DNA of 64,000 nt, from contig NZ_JAQNDL010000002.1 of the NCBI RefSeq assembly GCF_028368995.1, positions 256,001 through 320,000 on the forward strand. The letters are read 5' to 3'. Both the position numbers and the translations under genes were made by a program. The stretch comes from Nannocystis bainbridge (GTDB lineage Bacteria > Myxococcota_A > Polyangia > Nannocystales > Nannocystaceae). Below the pieces are notes generated by a model. That model ran no database searches and had not been told where the DNA came from. It was given only the letters and a program-made list of their open reading frames with translations. Positions 29,367 to 39,496 of the stretch are shown here, in pieces. Within the stretch, counting starts at the first letter, position 1. Every line of letters starts with the position of its first letter.

Positions 29367-30092
29367 ATGGCGGCGACCGCCGATACTTCACAGAACCGTA
29401 ACTATTACGACGCTTTCTCTGCCGGCTACGACGACGGCCGCGATCGCGGATACCACAAGCTCATCGACGACCAGGCGGCGGCGATCGTCAGCCGCTACGC
29501 CGCCGGGAAGGACGCGCTGGAGGTCGGCTGCGGCACGGGGCTCATCCTCCAGCGGGTGGCGTCGGTCGCCCGCTCGGCCAAGGGCGTCGACCTGTCGCCG
29601 GGCATGCTGGAGCACGCGCGCAGCCGCGGGCTCGACGTCCAGGAGGGCAGCGCGACCGACCTGCCGTTCGCCGACGCCAGCTTCGACGTGACCTACTCCT
29701 TCAAGGTGTTGGCGCACATCCCCGGCTGGGAGCGCTGCCTGCAGGAGATGGCGCGCGTGACCCGGCCCGGCGGGCACATGGTGTTCGACATCTACAACCG
29801 CAACTCGCTGCGGTACCTGATCAAGCGGCTGTGGGGCCCGCGCAAGACGTCGCACAGCTTCGACGAGGCGGCGATCTCGACCCGCTTCCTCAGCCCGGCC
29901 GAGGCCGCGGACGTGCTGCCCGCGGGCACCCGCGTGGTCGGCCGCGCCGGCATCCGCATCACGACGCCGCACCCGGTGGTCTGCCGCCTGCCCGTGATCG
30001 GCAGGGTCCACGACCGCGTCGAGTGGGCGCTGATGGAGAGCCCGCTGGCCGCGCTGGCCGGGTTCTACGTGTTTGTGGCGGAGAAGTTGTGA
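29367..30092 (+). CDS. Class I SAM-dependent methyltransferase
   Basis: LEVGCGTG, GVDLSPGML, LPFADASFD, RVTRPGG. Confidence 0.9.
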   Translation: MAATADTSQNRNYYDAFSAGYDDGRDRGYHKLIDDQAAAIVSRYAAGKDALEVGCGTGLILQRVASVARSAKGVDLSPGMLEHARSRGLDVQEGSATDLPFADASFDVTYSFKVLAHIPGWERCLQEMARVTRPGGHMVFDIYNRNSLRYLIKRLWGPRKTSHSFDEAAISTRFLSPAEAADVLPAGTRVVGRAGIRITTPHPVVCRLPVIGRVHDRVEWALMESPLAALAGFYVFVAEKL

Positions 30093-31177
30093 GGGTCCTG
30101 GTCGTCACGACGACCTTCCCGCAATGGGCCGGCGATCCGCGCGGCCGCTTCATCCTGCGTCACTGGGAGGCGCGCGCGGCGGCCGGCGACACGGTCAGAT
30201 TTCTGGTGCCGCGGACGGCGTGGGTCCGCGGCGCGCTGCCGTCGCCGTGCGAGGTGGTCCGCTTCGCCTACGCGCCGACCGGCATGTCGTCGCTGACCGG
30301 CCAGTTCGGCATCCTCGAGAACATCCGCGATCGGCCGTGGCGGGCGCTGCTGGTGCTGCCGTTCGTGGCCGCGCTGCAGCGGGCGCTGCAGCGCGAGATC
30401 CGGGCGTTTCGCCCCGACAAGGTCGCGGCCCACATGCTGCTGCCGTGCGGCTGGCTGGCGGCCGAGGCGGCCCGCGCGGCCCGGGTGCCGTGCGAGCTGT
30501 ACGGCCACGGCACCGATGTCGACCTGCTGCTGCGCCTGCCCGGACCGCTGCGCGAGGCGGCCCTGACGGCGCTGGGGCAGGCCGAGAGCGTCGCCCTGCC
30601 GTCGGCCGAGAAGCTGGCCCGGGTGGCCGCGGCCTGGCCGGGTCCGCCGCCGCTGCGCATCGAGACGATGGTCGGCAGCGTGGCCGATGGGGCAGGTTCC
30701 AACGCACATGTCTATCAGGACATGTCCGAACGCGCAGGCGACGAGGTGCTGTTCCTCGGGCGCCTGATCAAGCAGAAGGGCGTCGACGATCTGCTGCGGG
30801 CGGCGGCGCTGATGCCCCGGCGGCCGCGCCTGGCGATCGCCGGCGACGGGCCGGAGCGGCGCCGACTGCAAGGCATGGCGGAAGGGCTGCGGCTCGACGC
30901 GCGCTTCCACGGGTTCGTCGAGGGCGCGGCCAAGGAGGCGCTGTACCGGCGAGCTGCGCTGCTGTGCGTGCCGTCGCGCGAGATCGGCGGGCTGTCCGAG
31001 GGGGCGCCGCTGGTGATCGCCGAGGCCAAGCGCTACGGGCTGCCGGTGGTGGCGACGGCCGTGGGCGGGATCCCCGAGCTGATGCGCGACCTGTATCCCG
31101 AGACCGCCCTGGTCCGGCCCGGAGCGCCGCAGGCGTTGGCGCAAGCGCTGGCGCAGGCGCTCGCACAGGGGGCCTGA
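30089..31177 (+). CDS. Glycosyltransferase family 4
   Basis: GTGA overlap with the upstream gene; HGTDV, LFLGRLIKQKG, EGAPLVIAEA..GLPVVATAVGGIPE. Confidence 0.88.
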   Translation: MRVLVVTTTFPQWAGDPRGRFILRHWEARAAAGDTVRFLVPRTAWVRGALPSPCEVVRFAYAPTGMSSLTGQFGILENIRDRPWRALLVLPFVAALQRALQREIRAFRPDKVAAHMLLPCGWLAAEAARAARVPCELYGHGTDVDLLLRLPGPLREAALTALGQAESVALPSAEKLARVAAAWPGPPPLRIETMVGSVADGAGSNAHVYQDMSERAGDEVLFLGRLIKQKGVDDLLRAAALMPRRPRLAIAGDGPERRRLQGMAEGLRLDARFHGFVEGAAKEALYRRAALLCVPSREIGGLSEGAPLVIAEAKRYGLPVVATAVGGIPELMRDLYPETALVRPGAPQALAQALAQALAQGA

Positions 31178-31211
31178 GCGGCGTGGTGACGCGACGCGTG
31201 AGGGCGGCGCG

Positions 31212-32333
31212 GTGAAGTGGTTGCGGCGTGCGCTGGTGGGGTTGATCGCGCTGCTGCTGGTGACGCTGGCGATCGGCTGGGTGTACCTCGGCGACCTCGT
31301 GCTGGCGGTGGCGGCTCCGAGGGTCCCGTTCGACCGCGCGAACGTGCCGCCGGCGCCCGACTACGACCAGCCCGCGGCGTGGAGCGCCCGGCCCGAGACG
31401 GTCGACGCGGCCGACGCGGAGGTCGAGGGCGTGGCGATCGCGGCGGACCCGGAGGTCGACGTGTTCTACCTCCACCCGACGTCGTTCCTCGGCAATGCAT
31501 GGAACGCCGGCCTCGATGACGCGACCGTCAACGTGGCGACGGACCAGGGGGCGACGCGGATCCAGGCGAGCCTGTTTTCGGGCTGCTGCCGGGTGTTCGC
31601 GCCGCGCTACCGCCAGGCCAACATGACGGCCTTCACGACCGCGAGCGCCGACGGGGCGGCGGCGATCGGGCTGGCCGGCGACGACGCGATCGCGGCGTTC
31701 CGCCACTACCTCGAGCACGACAACCACGGGCGGCCGTTCATCCTGGCGGCGCACAGCCAGGGCTCGTTCGTCGGGCTCCGCCTGCTGCGCGAGGTGATCG
31801 CGCCCGGGCCGCTGCGGCAGCAGCTGGTGGCGGCGTACCTGCTCGGCGGACCTGTCACGGTCGAAGCGCTCGGTGACCTGCCGGTGTGCGAGTCGCCGGC
31901 GCAGACGGGCTGCGTGGTCGGCTTCAACGCGCGCAGCCTGGGCTACCGGCCAGGCATCGAGTTCGTGGAGAACCCGCCGCCGCCGGCAGGCGCGCCGCCG
32001 CGGACGCGGGTGTGCGTCAATCCGCTGACGTGGACCACGGACGCGGCGCAGGCGAGCGGCGGGCTCGGGGCTGTCTTTTGGGACAGCAGCGGAGCGAGGC
32101 CGACGCCGCGGCCCGGGTTCGCGTCGGCGCGCTGCGAGGCGGGCACGCTGTACGTGGAGCTGAGCGGGTCGGTGCCGCGCGACTTCATGAGCCGCCTGCT
32201 CGACCACGCGCTCGGGGCCGGCAACTATCATGCGATCGAGTACGGGCTGTTCTGGCTGGACCTGCGCGCGAACGCGAGGGCGCGCGCGGCGGCGTTCGTG
32301 GCCCAGGAAGCGGCTGTCCGAAGAGACATGTGA
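31212..32333 (+). CDS. DUF3089-like alpha/beta-hydrolase
   Basis: DVFYLHPT, VFAPRYRQ, GRPFILAAHSQG, CVNPL; N-terminal TM helix. Confidence 0.85.
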   Translation: MKWLRRALVGLIALLLVTLAIGWVYLGDLVLAVAAPRVPFDRANVPPAPDYDQPAAWSARPETVDAADAEVEGVAIAADPEVDVFYLHPTSFLGNAWNAGLDDATVNVATDQGATRIQASLFSGCCRVFAPRYRQANMTAFTTASADGAAAIGLAGDDAIAAFRHYLEHDNHGRPFILAAHSQGSFVGLRLLREVIAPGPLRQQLVAAYLLGGPVTVEALGDLPVCESPAQTGCVVGFNARSLGYRPGIEFVENPPPPAGAPPRTRVCVNPLTWTTDAAQASGGLGAVFWDSSGARPTPRPGFASARCEAGTLYVELSGSVPRDFMSRLLDHALGAGNYHAIEYGLFWLDLRANARARAAAFVAQEAAVRRDM

Positions 32334-32432
32334 TTCGATGCTGTTCGAAGGGACAGGCGAGCTCCGCGGGCGGATGACGCGCTGCCGGTCGCTCGGCGGT
32401 AACGGGATGGCCGAAGGGACAGGTTCGTCGCG

Positions 32433-32969
32433 TCACCCGGGCGACGCGGCTGCGGGCGGCTTGCGGGTGCGCAGGTCCCAGACCAGCAGGATCACGCCGA
32501 TCACCAGCGCGGCGTCGGCAATGTTAAAGCTGGGCCAGCTGCCGCCCCAGGGGTAGTTGAGCTTGATGAAGTCGACCACGCCGTGGTGGCCGAGCGCGTC
32601 GACGCGGAACAGGCGATCATAGACGTTGCCGAGCGCGCCGCCGGCGACGAGGCCGCCGGCGACGAAGCGCAGGCGCGTGCCGTGGGGGGCGCGGGTGGTG
32701 AGGACGATCCAGGCGATCATCGCCACGGTGACGGCGAGCAAGACGAAGGGGTAGTCGAGCCGACGCACGAGGCCGAAGGCGCTGCCCCGGTTGTAGGCGA
32801 AGGCGAGCTCGAGCCACGGATCGAGGACGACTACGACGCGGCCGGTCGGGCGCAAGCTGTCCCACACCCACTGCTTGGTGCCCAGGTCGAGGGCGAGCGC
32901 GCCGGCGCCGGAGACGGCGAGCAGGGCCCACAGGCGCGGGCTGGCGGGGACTTGCTGGTTTTTTAGCAT
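32433..32969 (-). CDS. lspA: Lipoprotein signal peptidase II
   Basis: D..TKQW, YNRGSAFG, GGALGNVYDR, VVDFI, WPSFNIAD. Confidence 0.9.
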   Translation of the reverse strand: MLKNQQVPASPRLWALLAVSGAGALALDLGTKQWVWDSLRPTGRVVVVLDPWLELAFAYNRGSAFGLVRRLDYPFVLLAVTVAMIAWIVLTTRAPHGTRLRFVAGGLVAGGALGNVYDRLFRVDALGHHGVVDFIKLNYPWGGSWPSFNIADAALVIGVILLVWDLRTRKPPAAASPG

Positions 32970-32987
32970 CGTGCTAGAAAAACAGCA
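32953..32987. promoter_or_regulatory. Putative BlaI-family operator
   Basis: TGCTGGTTTTTTAGCA-TCG-TGCTAGAAAAACAGCA: 16-bp arms matching at 14/16, each a TGCT-N8-AGCA box, between lspA and blaI. Confidence 0.7.
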
Positions 32988-32993
32988 CAAGGG

Positions 32994-33389
32994 ATGCCGC
33001 GACGCAAGCCCGACCTCGATCCGCTGAGTCGGCGTGAGCGACAGATCATGGACATCGTCTACCGGCGCGGGCAGGCGACCATCCGCGACGTGCTCGACGC
33101 GCTGCCCGACCCGCCGACGTATTCGGCAGTGCGCGCGCTGGTGAAGGTGCTCGAGGACAAGGGCCACCTGCGGCACACGCAGGACGGGCCGACGTACGTG
33201 TACGCGCCGACGCGCGCGCGCGCGCGGGTGGCCACGTCGGCGCTGGCGCACGTGGTCGACACGTTCTTCGGCGGGTCGGCGAGCGACGCGGTGGCGGCGT
33301 TGCTCGACCTCGACGGGCGCGAGCTGTCGCGGGCGGAGCTCGACGAGCTGGGGGCGATGATCGAGCAGGCGCGCAAGGAGGGCCGCTGA
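32994..33389 (+). CDS. BlaI/MecI/CopY family transcriptional repressor
   Basis: LSRRERQIMDIVY, PTYSAVRALVKVLEDKG, VVDTFFGGS. Confidence 0.92.
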   Translation: MPRRKPDLDPLSRRERQIMDIVYRRGQATIRDVLDALPDPPTYSAVRALVKVLEDKGHLRHTQDGPTYVYAPTRARARVATSALAHVVDTFFGGSASDAVAALLDLDGRELSRAELDELGAMIEQARKEGR

Positions 33390-33390
33390 G

Positions 33391-34302
33391 ATGATCGCGG
33401 CGGCGGCGGCTTGGCTGGGGGCGCTGCAGCTGGTGGGGGCGCTGGTGTTCGCCTCGGCTGGCCTTTTGGACATGTGCGCCCGCGGGCGCAGCGCGGCGGT
33501 GCGCCGGCAGATCTGGGCCCTGGCGATCGCGGTGGCGCTGGTGCTGCCGCTGCCGCGGCTGGCCTTGCCGACGTCGGAGCTGCGGTTGCCCGAGGTCGCG
33601 GCGACGGCGTGGCTGGTGGCGTGGGCGATCGGGGCGGGGCTGTTGCTGGCGCGGCTGGTGCGGGGTCAGAGGCTGGCGCGCAGGCGAGCGCGGCGGGCCA
33701 GGCCGATCGCCGACGGGCCGTGGCAGGCGACGGCGCGGGAGGTCGGCGGTCCGCGGGCCGAGCTGCGCGCGTGCGAGTCGGCGCGCACGCCGATGGTGGT
33801 CGGGCTGGTGCGACCGATCGTGCTGGTGCCGGTGGTGATGCTGGGCGCGCCGGCGGCCGAGCGACGGGCGCTGCTGGCCCACGAGCTGGCCCACGTGGCC
33901 CGCGCCGACGCCATGGTGGCGCTGGCGGGCGGGCTGGCGCGGGCGGTGTACTGGCCGAATCCGCTGGCCTGGTGGGCGCTGCGGCGGCTGCGAGCCCACG
34001 CCGAGGACGCGGCCGACGACGCCGCGCTGCACACGGGGATCGCGTGCTCGAGCTACGCGGCGCAGCTGGTGGCGGTGGCGCGGGCGCAGCTCGAGCGGGC
34101 CGGGCGGGTCGCCGCCGGCGGGCTGCGGGCGCGCGTGCGCGGGGTGCTCGACGCCAGGCGGATCCGCAGCGGCGCGCCCCGTCCGCTGCGCTGGGGCGTG
34201 CCGCGGTTCATCGCGGCGGCGCTGGTGCTGGCGACGATGGTGACGGCCTGCGAGGCGCGCTCGGCCGAGGATGACGGGGCGCGGCCGGGCGTGCGGCCCT
34301 GA
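33391..34302 (+). CDS. BlaR1/MecR1-type M56 metallopeptidase
   Basis: TPMVVGLVRP.VLVP, HELAHVARAD, YWPNPLAW, EDAADD; directly follows blaI. Confidence 0.88.
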   Translation: MIAAAAAWLGALQLVGALVFASAGLLDMCARGRSAAVRRQIWALAIAVALVLPLPRLALPTSELRLPEVAATAWLVAWAIGAGLLLARLVRGQRLARRRARRARPIADGPWQATAREVGGPRAELRACESARTPMVVGLVRPIVLVPVVMLGAPAAERRALLAHELAHVARADAMVALAGGLARAVYWPNPLAWWALRRLRAHAEDAADDAALHTGIACSSYAAQLVAVARAQLERAGRVAAGGLRARVRGVLDARRIRSGAPRPLRWGVPRFIAAALVLATMVTACEARSAEDDGARPGVRP

Positions 34303-35020
34303 GGTCGCGGCGTCAGTCGCAATATCCGGGGACCCGGGCCATGCGGCCGCCGTCGCCGACGATGACGCGGCGCTCGCCGTCGGCGAGCCTGCGCGCCCAC
34401 GGCGCGCTCCAGGCCTCGAGCTCGGGCTCGTCGAGCAGCACGAGGTCGTAGACGCGGCCGTCGGCGCCCAGCGCCGTGACCCGCGTCGGGCCGCGGCTTC
34501 GCGGGGCGAGCGCTGCCGCGCGGCATGGCTCTTCGGTATACGGTCGCTCGATGCCCGGTCACCGCCAGGAGGGGCGGATTCTTGCGCAATCTGGGGCGAC
34601 GATCGGCTTTTGACGATCGTTCGAGGGCGGTGGATGGCCTGAAGCGGCGCACTGGCGCGAGGTCATGCTGCATCGAGCGAGACTGGGCTGCCCGGACGCA
34701 TGGAATGATTCGCGCGCCTGGGGTGGCGATGCTGCGCGGATGAAATGTCATGACATGGCCTCGGGGCAGGCGGTGCGGATGAGGCGTTCCACCATTACCT
34801 CTGGCGCCCAAATTTTCGGACCGCTCGGGCGGATTGCTGCGAGCTGGCCGGAGGGACAGGCGGAGACTGCGCCGGGGCCGGGCGTTCGGATGGCGGGAGG
34901 TGCCGCGGGTCACGGCGTGCGGGCGCGAAGGGGCGCGAGAGCGGGAGCAGGGCCGGCGTTCGCAGCGCGGGCGCGGCCGTTCGGCTGCAGGGGCGGCGAG
35001 GCGGGCAATCTCTCGCGGCC

Positions 35021-35608
35021 ATGAACCGACGAACCTTCCGCCACGCTGCGAGCCCACGCGCCTCTCGATGGCTCCTGCTGCTCCTCATGTCCGCCTGCTC
35101 CCGCGGGAGCTTCGGCGGCGAGGTGACGAATCCCGACACGGCCCCGCCCGAGCCGGGTGGGGCGAGCTCGGGCGCGGAGAAGGGGGCGCCGGCGCCGGCG
35201 GCGACGCACGAGCGGGTCGCGTTCCAGTGGACCTCGGGCACCGATTCGCTGTCGGGCCGGATCAAGACCCAACTGCCCGGTGGCGAGGCGTTCGAGGGCC
35301 GCTATCACGAGATCACGAAGACGGCGACGGTCGACGAGTACGGCGATCTCTATGGGGCGTGGTACGCCGATCCGTGGATGGGCTCGAACTGGTACTGGGG
35401 CGGCACCTGGCCCTACTACGATAGCGTCGAGGAGTTCATCACCCGCAACACCGGCAAGGTGGTGGCCACGCTCGAGGGCGACCGCGGGACGAAGATGCGC
35501 TGTCGCTTCACGCTCGAGGACCCGGACCGCGGGATCAAGGGCGGCGGCACCGGTGAGTGCCAGCTCTCGAACGGCGAGCGGATCACGACGCGCTTCGAGC
35601 CGCAGTGA
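35021..35608 (+). CDS. Hypothetical lipoprotein
   Basis: LMSAC lipobox; Trp/Tyr-rich loop; C-terminal MRCRF..GGGTGEC. Confidence 0.75.
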   Translation: MNRRTFRHAASPRASRWLLLLLMSACSRGSFGGEVTNPDTAPPEPGGASSGAEKGAPAPAATHERVAFQWTSGTDSLSGRIKTQLPGGEAFEGRYHEITKTATVDEYGDLYGAWYADPWMGSNWYWGGTWPYYDSVEEFITRNTGKVVATLEGDRGTKMRCRFTLEDPDRGIKGGGTGECQLSNGERITTRFEPQ

Positions 35609-35667
35609 GCATCGGACTCGACGACGGACCTCGAGCGGAGCGCGGCGGAGCGAGCCGTCGCGCGCTC

Positions 35668-35756
35668 CGCGACAGCAGAAATCACGGGACTCGTGCGCTC
35701 GTCGTGACGGCAGGATTCATGGGACTCGCGTGACGGCAGGATTCATGGGACTCGCG
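35668..35756. repeat. 26-bp direct repeat (two exact copies, one degenerate)
   Basis: CGTGACGGCAGGATTCATGGGACTCG at 35703 and 35729; degenerate copy at about 35668. Confidence 0.8.
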
Positions 35757-35830
35757 AGTCGCTGCATATCGGTGCTTCGATAGGCAGCGAGCCCATGAAA
35801 ATCTGCGGCGTCAACGGACGCCCGGCCCGC

Positions 35831-36832
35831 TCACAGCGCCATGCGGAGGATCACCCACACGATTGCGAAGATCACGAACAGCGTCAGGAAGGACGGGACC
35901 TTGCTGGTCTTGGCGGGCTGGGCGACGGCGGCGGGCGGGGCCACGGCCGGCTCGGACTGCGCGGCGGTGGGCGGGTTGACGGAGACGTTGACCATCCACC
36001 GCCGGTGCTCGCGTCCCGGGTGGGTGTCGGTGCGGTTGAGGTTGCCGTTGCTCAGGTCGAACTTGTTGCCGTCGCCGCCGTCGAGGCCGACCGCGAGCCA
36101 GGGCTCGGGCCCGAACTGCACCCCGGTGACGGCGCGGTCCATGTAGCGGAGCTGGCCGATGTTGTCGCGCCCCGGCCACGACAGCACGATCACGAGGCTC
36201 TCGCCGAGGACCATGGCGATCGCGTCGCCGCCGAGCGAGCAGGCGATCGCGCGGATCGGCGTGTCGGCCGGGCCGCCGGTGAGGTGGTGGACGGCGCCGC
36301 TCTCGACGCGCAGGAGCTTGTTGGCGAGGGCGACGACCCAGAAGCCGCGCGCGTTCCAGGCGGCGGCCACCACCGGCGCGCCGACCTCGACGTCGAACAG
36401 CAGGCCGTCGGGGCCGAACACGCCGACCTTGCCTTGCTCGTCGGCGACGAGGAACTGACCGCTCACGCCCCACGCGACCACGGCGGCGCCCGGCCAGGCG
36501 TGCCGTCGTCCCGGGCCGCTCTGGGTCAGCTCGACGACGCCGTCCGCGGTTGCAACGAGCACATGCCCCGCCGGCGAGACGGCGGCGTCGCGGGCGATGT
36601 CGCCGGCCTCGGCGGTGGCCCGCTGCTCGTCGCGCTGCGGGTCGTGCCACACGGCCTGGCCGTCCTCGTCGACGCTGATGACGGCGTCGGGGGTGGCGCC
36701 GACTGCCACCAGCGGGGACTTGCAGTCTCGCCGCCAGCGCGGGCCCTCGCTCGGACCGTCGTGGACGAGGAGCTCGGCGTCGTCGGCGAGCACGAGGTTG
36801 CGACCGGCGCTATCGAAGGCGATCATGCGCAT
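35831..36832 (-). CDS. WD40-like beta-propeller protein with C-terminal TM anchor
   Basis: Propeller-like blades (AAVSPAGHVLV, VQFGPEPWLAV); hydrophobic C-terminus. Confidence 0.7.
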   Translation of the reverse strand: MRMIAFDSAGRNLVLADDAELLVHDGPSEGPRWRRDCKSPLVAVGATPDAVISVDEDGQAVWHDPQRDEQRATAEAGDIARDAAVSPAGHVLVATADGVVELTQSGPGRRHAWPGAAVVAWGVSGQFLVADEQGKVGVFGPDGLLFDVEVGAPVVAAAWNARGFWVVALANKLLRVESGAVHHLTGGPADTPIRAIACSLGGDAIAMVLGESLVIVLSWPGRDNIGQLRYMDRAVTGVQFGPEPWLAVGLDGGDGNKFDLSNGNLNRTDTHPGREHRRWMVNVSVNPPTAAQSEPAVAPPAAVAQPAKTSKVPSFLTLFVIFAIVWVILRMAL

Positions 36833-37018
36833 GCCGCGTATCACGGGGCGCGACGGCGCGCAACGGGGGGGCGACGGGGCTGAGGGGCCGCAGGAGCCCG
36901 CTGGCGGCGAGATCGGGCCGCGCCCGGGATGGTCGGCACGAGTCGGCGAAGGCGGGGCGAGTGGCCCGAGCCGGGACGGTCGCGGGCACCGACGAGTCAG
37001 GACGTGGACTGTCGTTAG

Positions 37019-37159
37019 GGACATGTCCTTTGGGGCATGCTCAGCGAGACATGGCTGTGAGGACATGTCCGGAAGGGCATGTCATTACGAAAGAACAGGC
37101 CCTTCGCGGCGGTGGCCGCGAGGACCTGTCTGGAAGGGCATGTCCACAAGGACACGCTC
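37019..37159. repeat. 14-bp phased TGTCC-N4-GGACA array (5+3 cores)
   Basis: Cores at 37022, 37036, 37050, 37064, 37078 and 37125, 37139, 37153. Confidence 0.9.
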
Positions 37160-37169
37160 TCCCGCGCGC

Positions 37170-38147
37170 TCAGGGCTTGGCGACGACCAGGACCTTGCCG
37201 CCGCGCTGCTGCTTCTCGGCGTGGCGCAGGGCCTCGCCGATGCGGTCCAGCGGGTAGGTGGCCTCGATCGGGGTGGTCAGCTCGCCGGTTGCGAGCAGGC
37301 CGAGCAGCTCGCCGAAGGCCTTGGCGACGCCCTCGCGCGGGGTGTTGCGGAACCACTCGACCAGCCAGAAGCCGCGCAGGGTGACGCCGCGGAACACCAG
37401 GTCGACGCCCGAGAGCTGGCAGGCCTCGCCGGACAGCAGGCCGTAGTTGACGACGACGCCGCCGGGGCTGACGGACGAGCCGAGGCGACCGGTCGCGGCG
37501 CCGCCGATGGCGTCGACGGCGAAGCGCAGGCTGCCGTCGCCGACGACGGCCTTGACGCGCTCGGCGAGGTCGGGGCCGTCGACGAGCACGACCTCGGCGC
37601 CCCAGCTCTTCAAGGTGTCCTCGAGGCCAGGTCGACGCACGACGGCGATCCCGCGCGCGCCGGCCTTTTTGGCGAGGGTGAAGAAGGCGCGGCCGACCCC
37701 CGAGTTGGCGGCGTTCTTGAGGACCCACTGGCCGGGCTGCAGCTGGGCCTCGTGGACGAGGGCGCGGGCGGTCAGCGGGTTGACGGTGAGCATGGCCAGC
37801 TGCTCGTCGGCGATGCCGGCCGGGAGGGCGAACAGGCCGGAGGCGGCGAGCACGTGGTGCTCGCGCCAGGTGCCGCCGCCGAGCAGGACGCGGTCGCCGA
37901 CGCGGATGTTGTCGACGCCGGAGCCGACCGCGGTGACGACCCCGACGCCCTCGAGGCCGCCGATCGCCGGCAAGGTGGGGACGATGCCGTACTGTCCGCG
38001 CAGGTTGAGCAGGTCGGCCGGGTTGATCGGCGCGGCCAGCATGGCGACGGCGGCCTGCCCGGGCCCGGGCGGTGGAGGTGCGGGGAGGTCGACGACCTCG
38101 GCGACCTCGTCGGGGGCGCCAAAGCGGGAGAACTGAACGGCTCGCAT
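37170..38147 (-). CDS. MDR-superfamily NADPH 2-enoyl thioester reductase-like oxidoreductase
   Basis: APINPADL, GLEGVG, AMLTVNPLTA, NAANSGVG, NYGLLSG, LRGFWL. Confidence 0.88.
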   Translation of the reverse strand: MRAVQFSRFGAPDEVAEVVDLPAPPPPGPGQAAVAMLAAPINPADLLNLRGQYGIVPTLPAIGGLEGVGVVTAVGSGVDNIRVGDRVLLGGGTWREHHVLAASGLFALPAGIADEQLAMLTVNPLTARALVHEAQLQPGQWVLKNAANSGVGRAFFTLAKKAGARGIAVVRRPGLEDTLKSWGAEVVLVDGPDLAERVKAVVGDGSLRFAVDAIGGAATGRLGSSVSPGGVVVNYGLLSGEACQLSGVDLVFRGVTLRGFWLVEWFRNTPREGVAKAFGELLGLLATGELTTPIEATYPLDRIGEALRHAEKQQRGGKVLVVAKP

Positions 38148-38406
38148 GGCCGGAAAGTAGCACCGCGGCGGGCTCGATCGCTCGAGTCGCGGCGGGGATG
38201 CGGACAGCGAGCCCGGCCGCGCGAGCGAGCGGAGGCCCGGCCGCAAAAGCGTGAATCCGGGACGTCGAGGACGGGTGAAATGAAGGTCGCGGGTGCCCGC
38301 GAGCAGCGGCCGGGCGCGACGCAGGTCGCGGGTGAACGGCGAACGGAGGTGCAGCGCGACGACTCGCGGGCGCCCGGCGAGCACCCGTGATTCGCTGCGC
38401 CGGGCC

Positions 38407-39237
38407 TCAGAAGCGGCCGGACAGCGTCAGACCGGCGTAATTGAAGCTGAGGGTCGGCTGCAGGCGGACCTGGTTGTGGGTGATGTAGCGCATCAGCTTG
38501 AGGTTGCGGCCGTAGGCGACGCCGTGGGTCAGGAGGCCGACGCCGACGACGCCCATCGCCTGGCCGATGCCGATGCCCGCGAGGTAGCCGCTCATGCGCC
38601 GGCCCATGCACTGGCGGAAGCCGGGGACGTTGCCCTCGACGACCTCGGGGCCGCCGAGGTCGCCGCCGGTCATGTCGAGGATCGGGCTGCGCTCGTTGCA
38701 GGTGGCGAAGCCGAGGACGTCGGCGAACGAGGCGATCCGGACGCCGAGGTAGGTGACGATGCCGGCGGTCATGATGCCGGCGCCGAGGCCGATCTGCAGG
38801 GCGGCGTTCTGCTTGCGCTCGCCGGAGAAGGCGGTGCGGTGGGCGTCCCAGCGGCCGCGCATCGAGCCGCCGCCGGCGGCGAAGGCGAAGGCGGCGGTGT
38901 TGGAGAGCAGGCCGATCGGGGCGAGGATGCCGAGCGCGGCGCTGCCGTTGATGCACTGGTCGAAGCCGGCGACGCTCATGGCCTCGTTGTCGTAGCTGAG
39001 GTCGCGGCACAGGCGGCTGGCCGCGACGACGCGCCCGAGGTTGGCGCCGAAGCCGATGCCGCCGAGCACGCCGGCGGTGGCGAGCAGGCCGGTGCCGCGC
39101 CAGCGCGGCTCGGGCGGGCGGGCAGAGGCAGGGGCGGGGGCGTCCACGCTGGCGGCGGGCGCGGGGCCTTCGGGCGCGGGGGCCTCGGGCTGGGCGGCGA
39201 GGACGACGGAGAGGGCGAGGGCGACGGTGGAGGCCAT
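38407..39237 (-). CDS. Hypothetical exported/membrane protein
   Basis: Signal peptide, several Gly-rich hydrophobic helices, C-terminal GLTLSGRF strand. Confidence 0.7.
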   Translation of the reverse strand: MASTVALALSVVLAAQPEAPAPEGPAPAASVDAPAPASARPPEPRWRGTGLLATAGVLGGIGFGANLGRVVAASRLCRDLSYDNEAMSVAGFDQCINGSAALGILAPIGLLSNTAAFAFAAGGGSMRGRWDAHRTAFSGERKQNAALQIGLGAGIMTAGIVTYLGVRIASFADVLGFATCNERSPILDMTGGDLGGPEVVEGNVPGFRQCMGRRMSGYLAGIGIGQAMGVVGVGLLTHGVAYGRNLKLMRYITHNQVRLQPTLSFNYAGLTLSGRF

Positions 39238-39496
39238 GGTGGTGCTTCCGATCGGGATGTCCGCGAGGACATGGGGTGCGATCACCACGCGGCGGCGCGA
39301 ACACGTCGCGCTGCGGTCGTCGGGTGACGCGGCTGCGATCACCGGCGAGCGGGCGCGAGCGCGGCGCGCCGCGCGGCCCGTGGGGTGACCACGATCGGAT
39401 AGCTGCCCGTGCGGGCGCGACGGATCAGTGCGCGCTGTTTGGCGAGCTCACGGCCTCTGCACGTCGTTCGCGTGAAACCGGGCCCCGGACGGGCCT

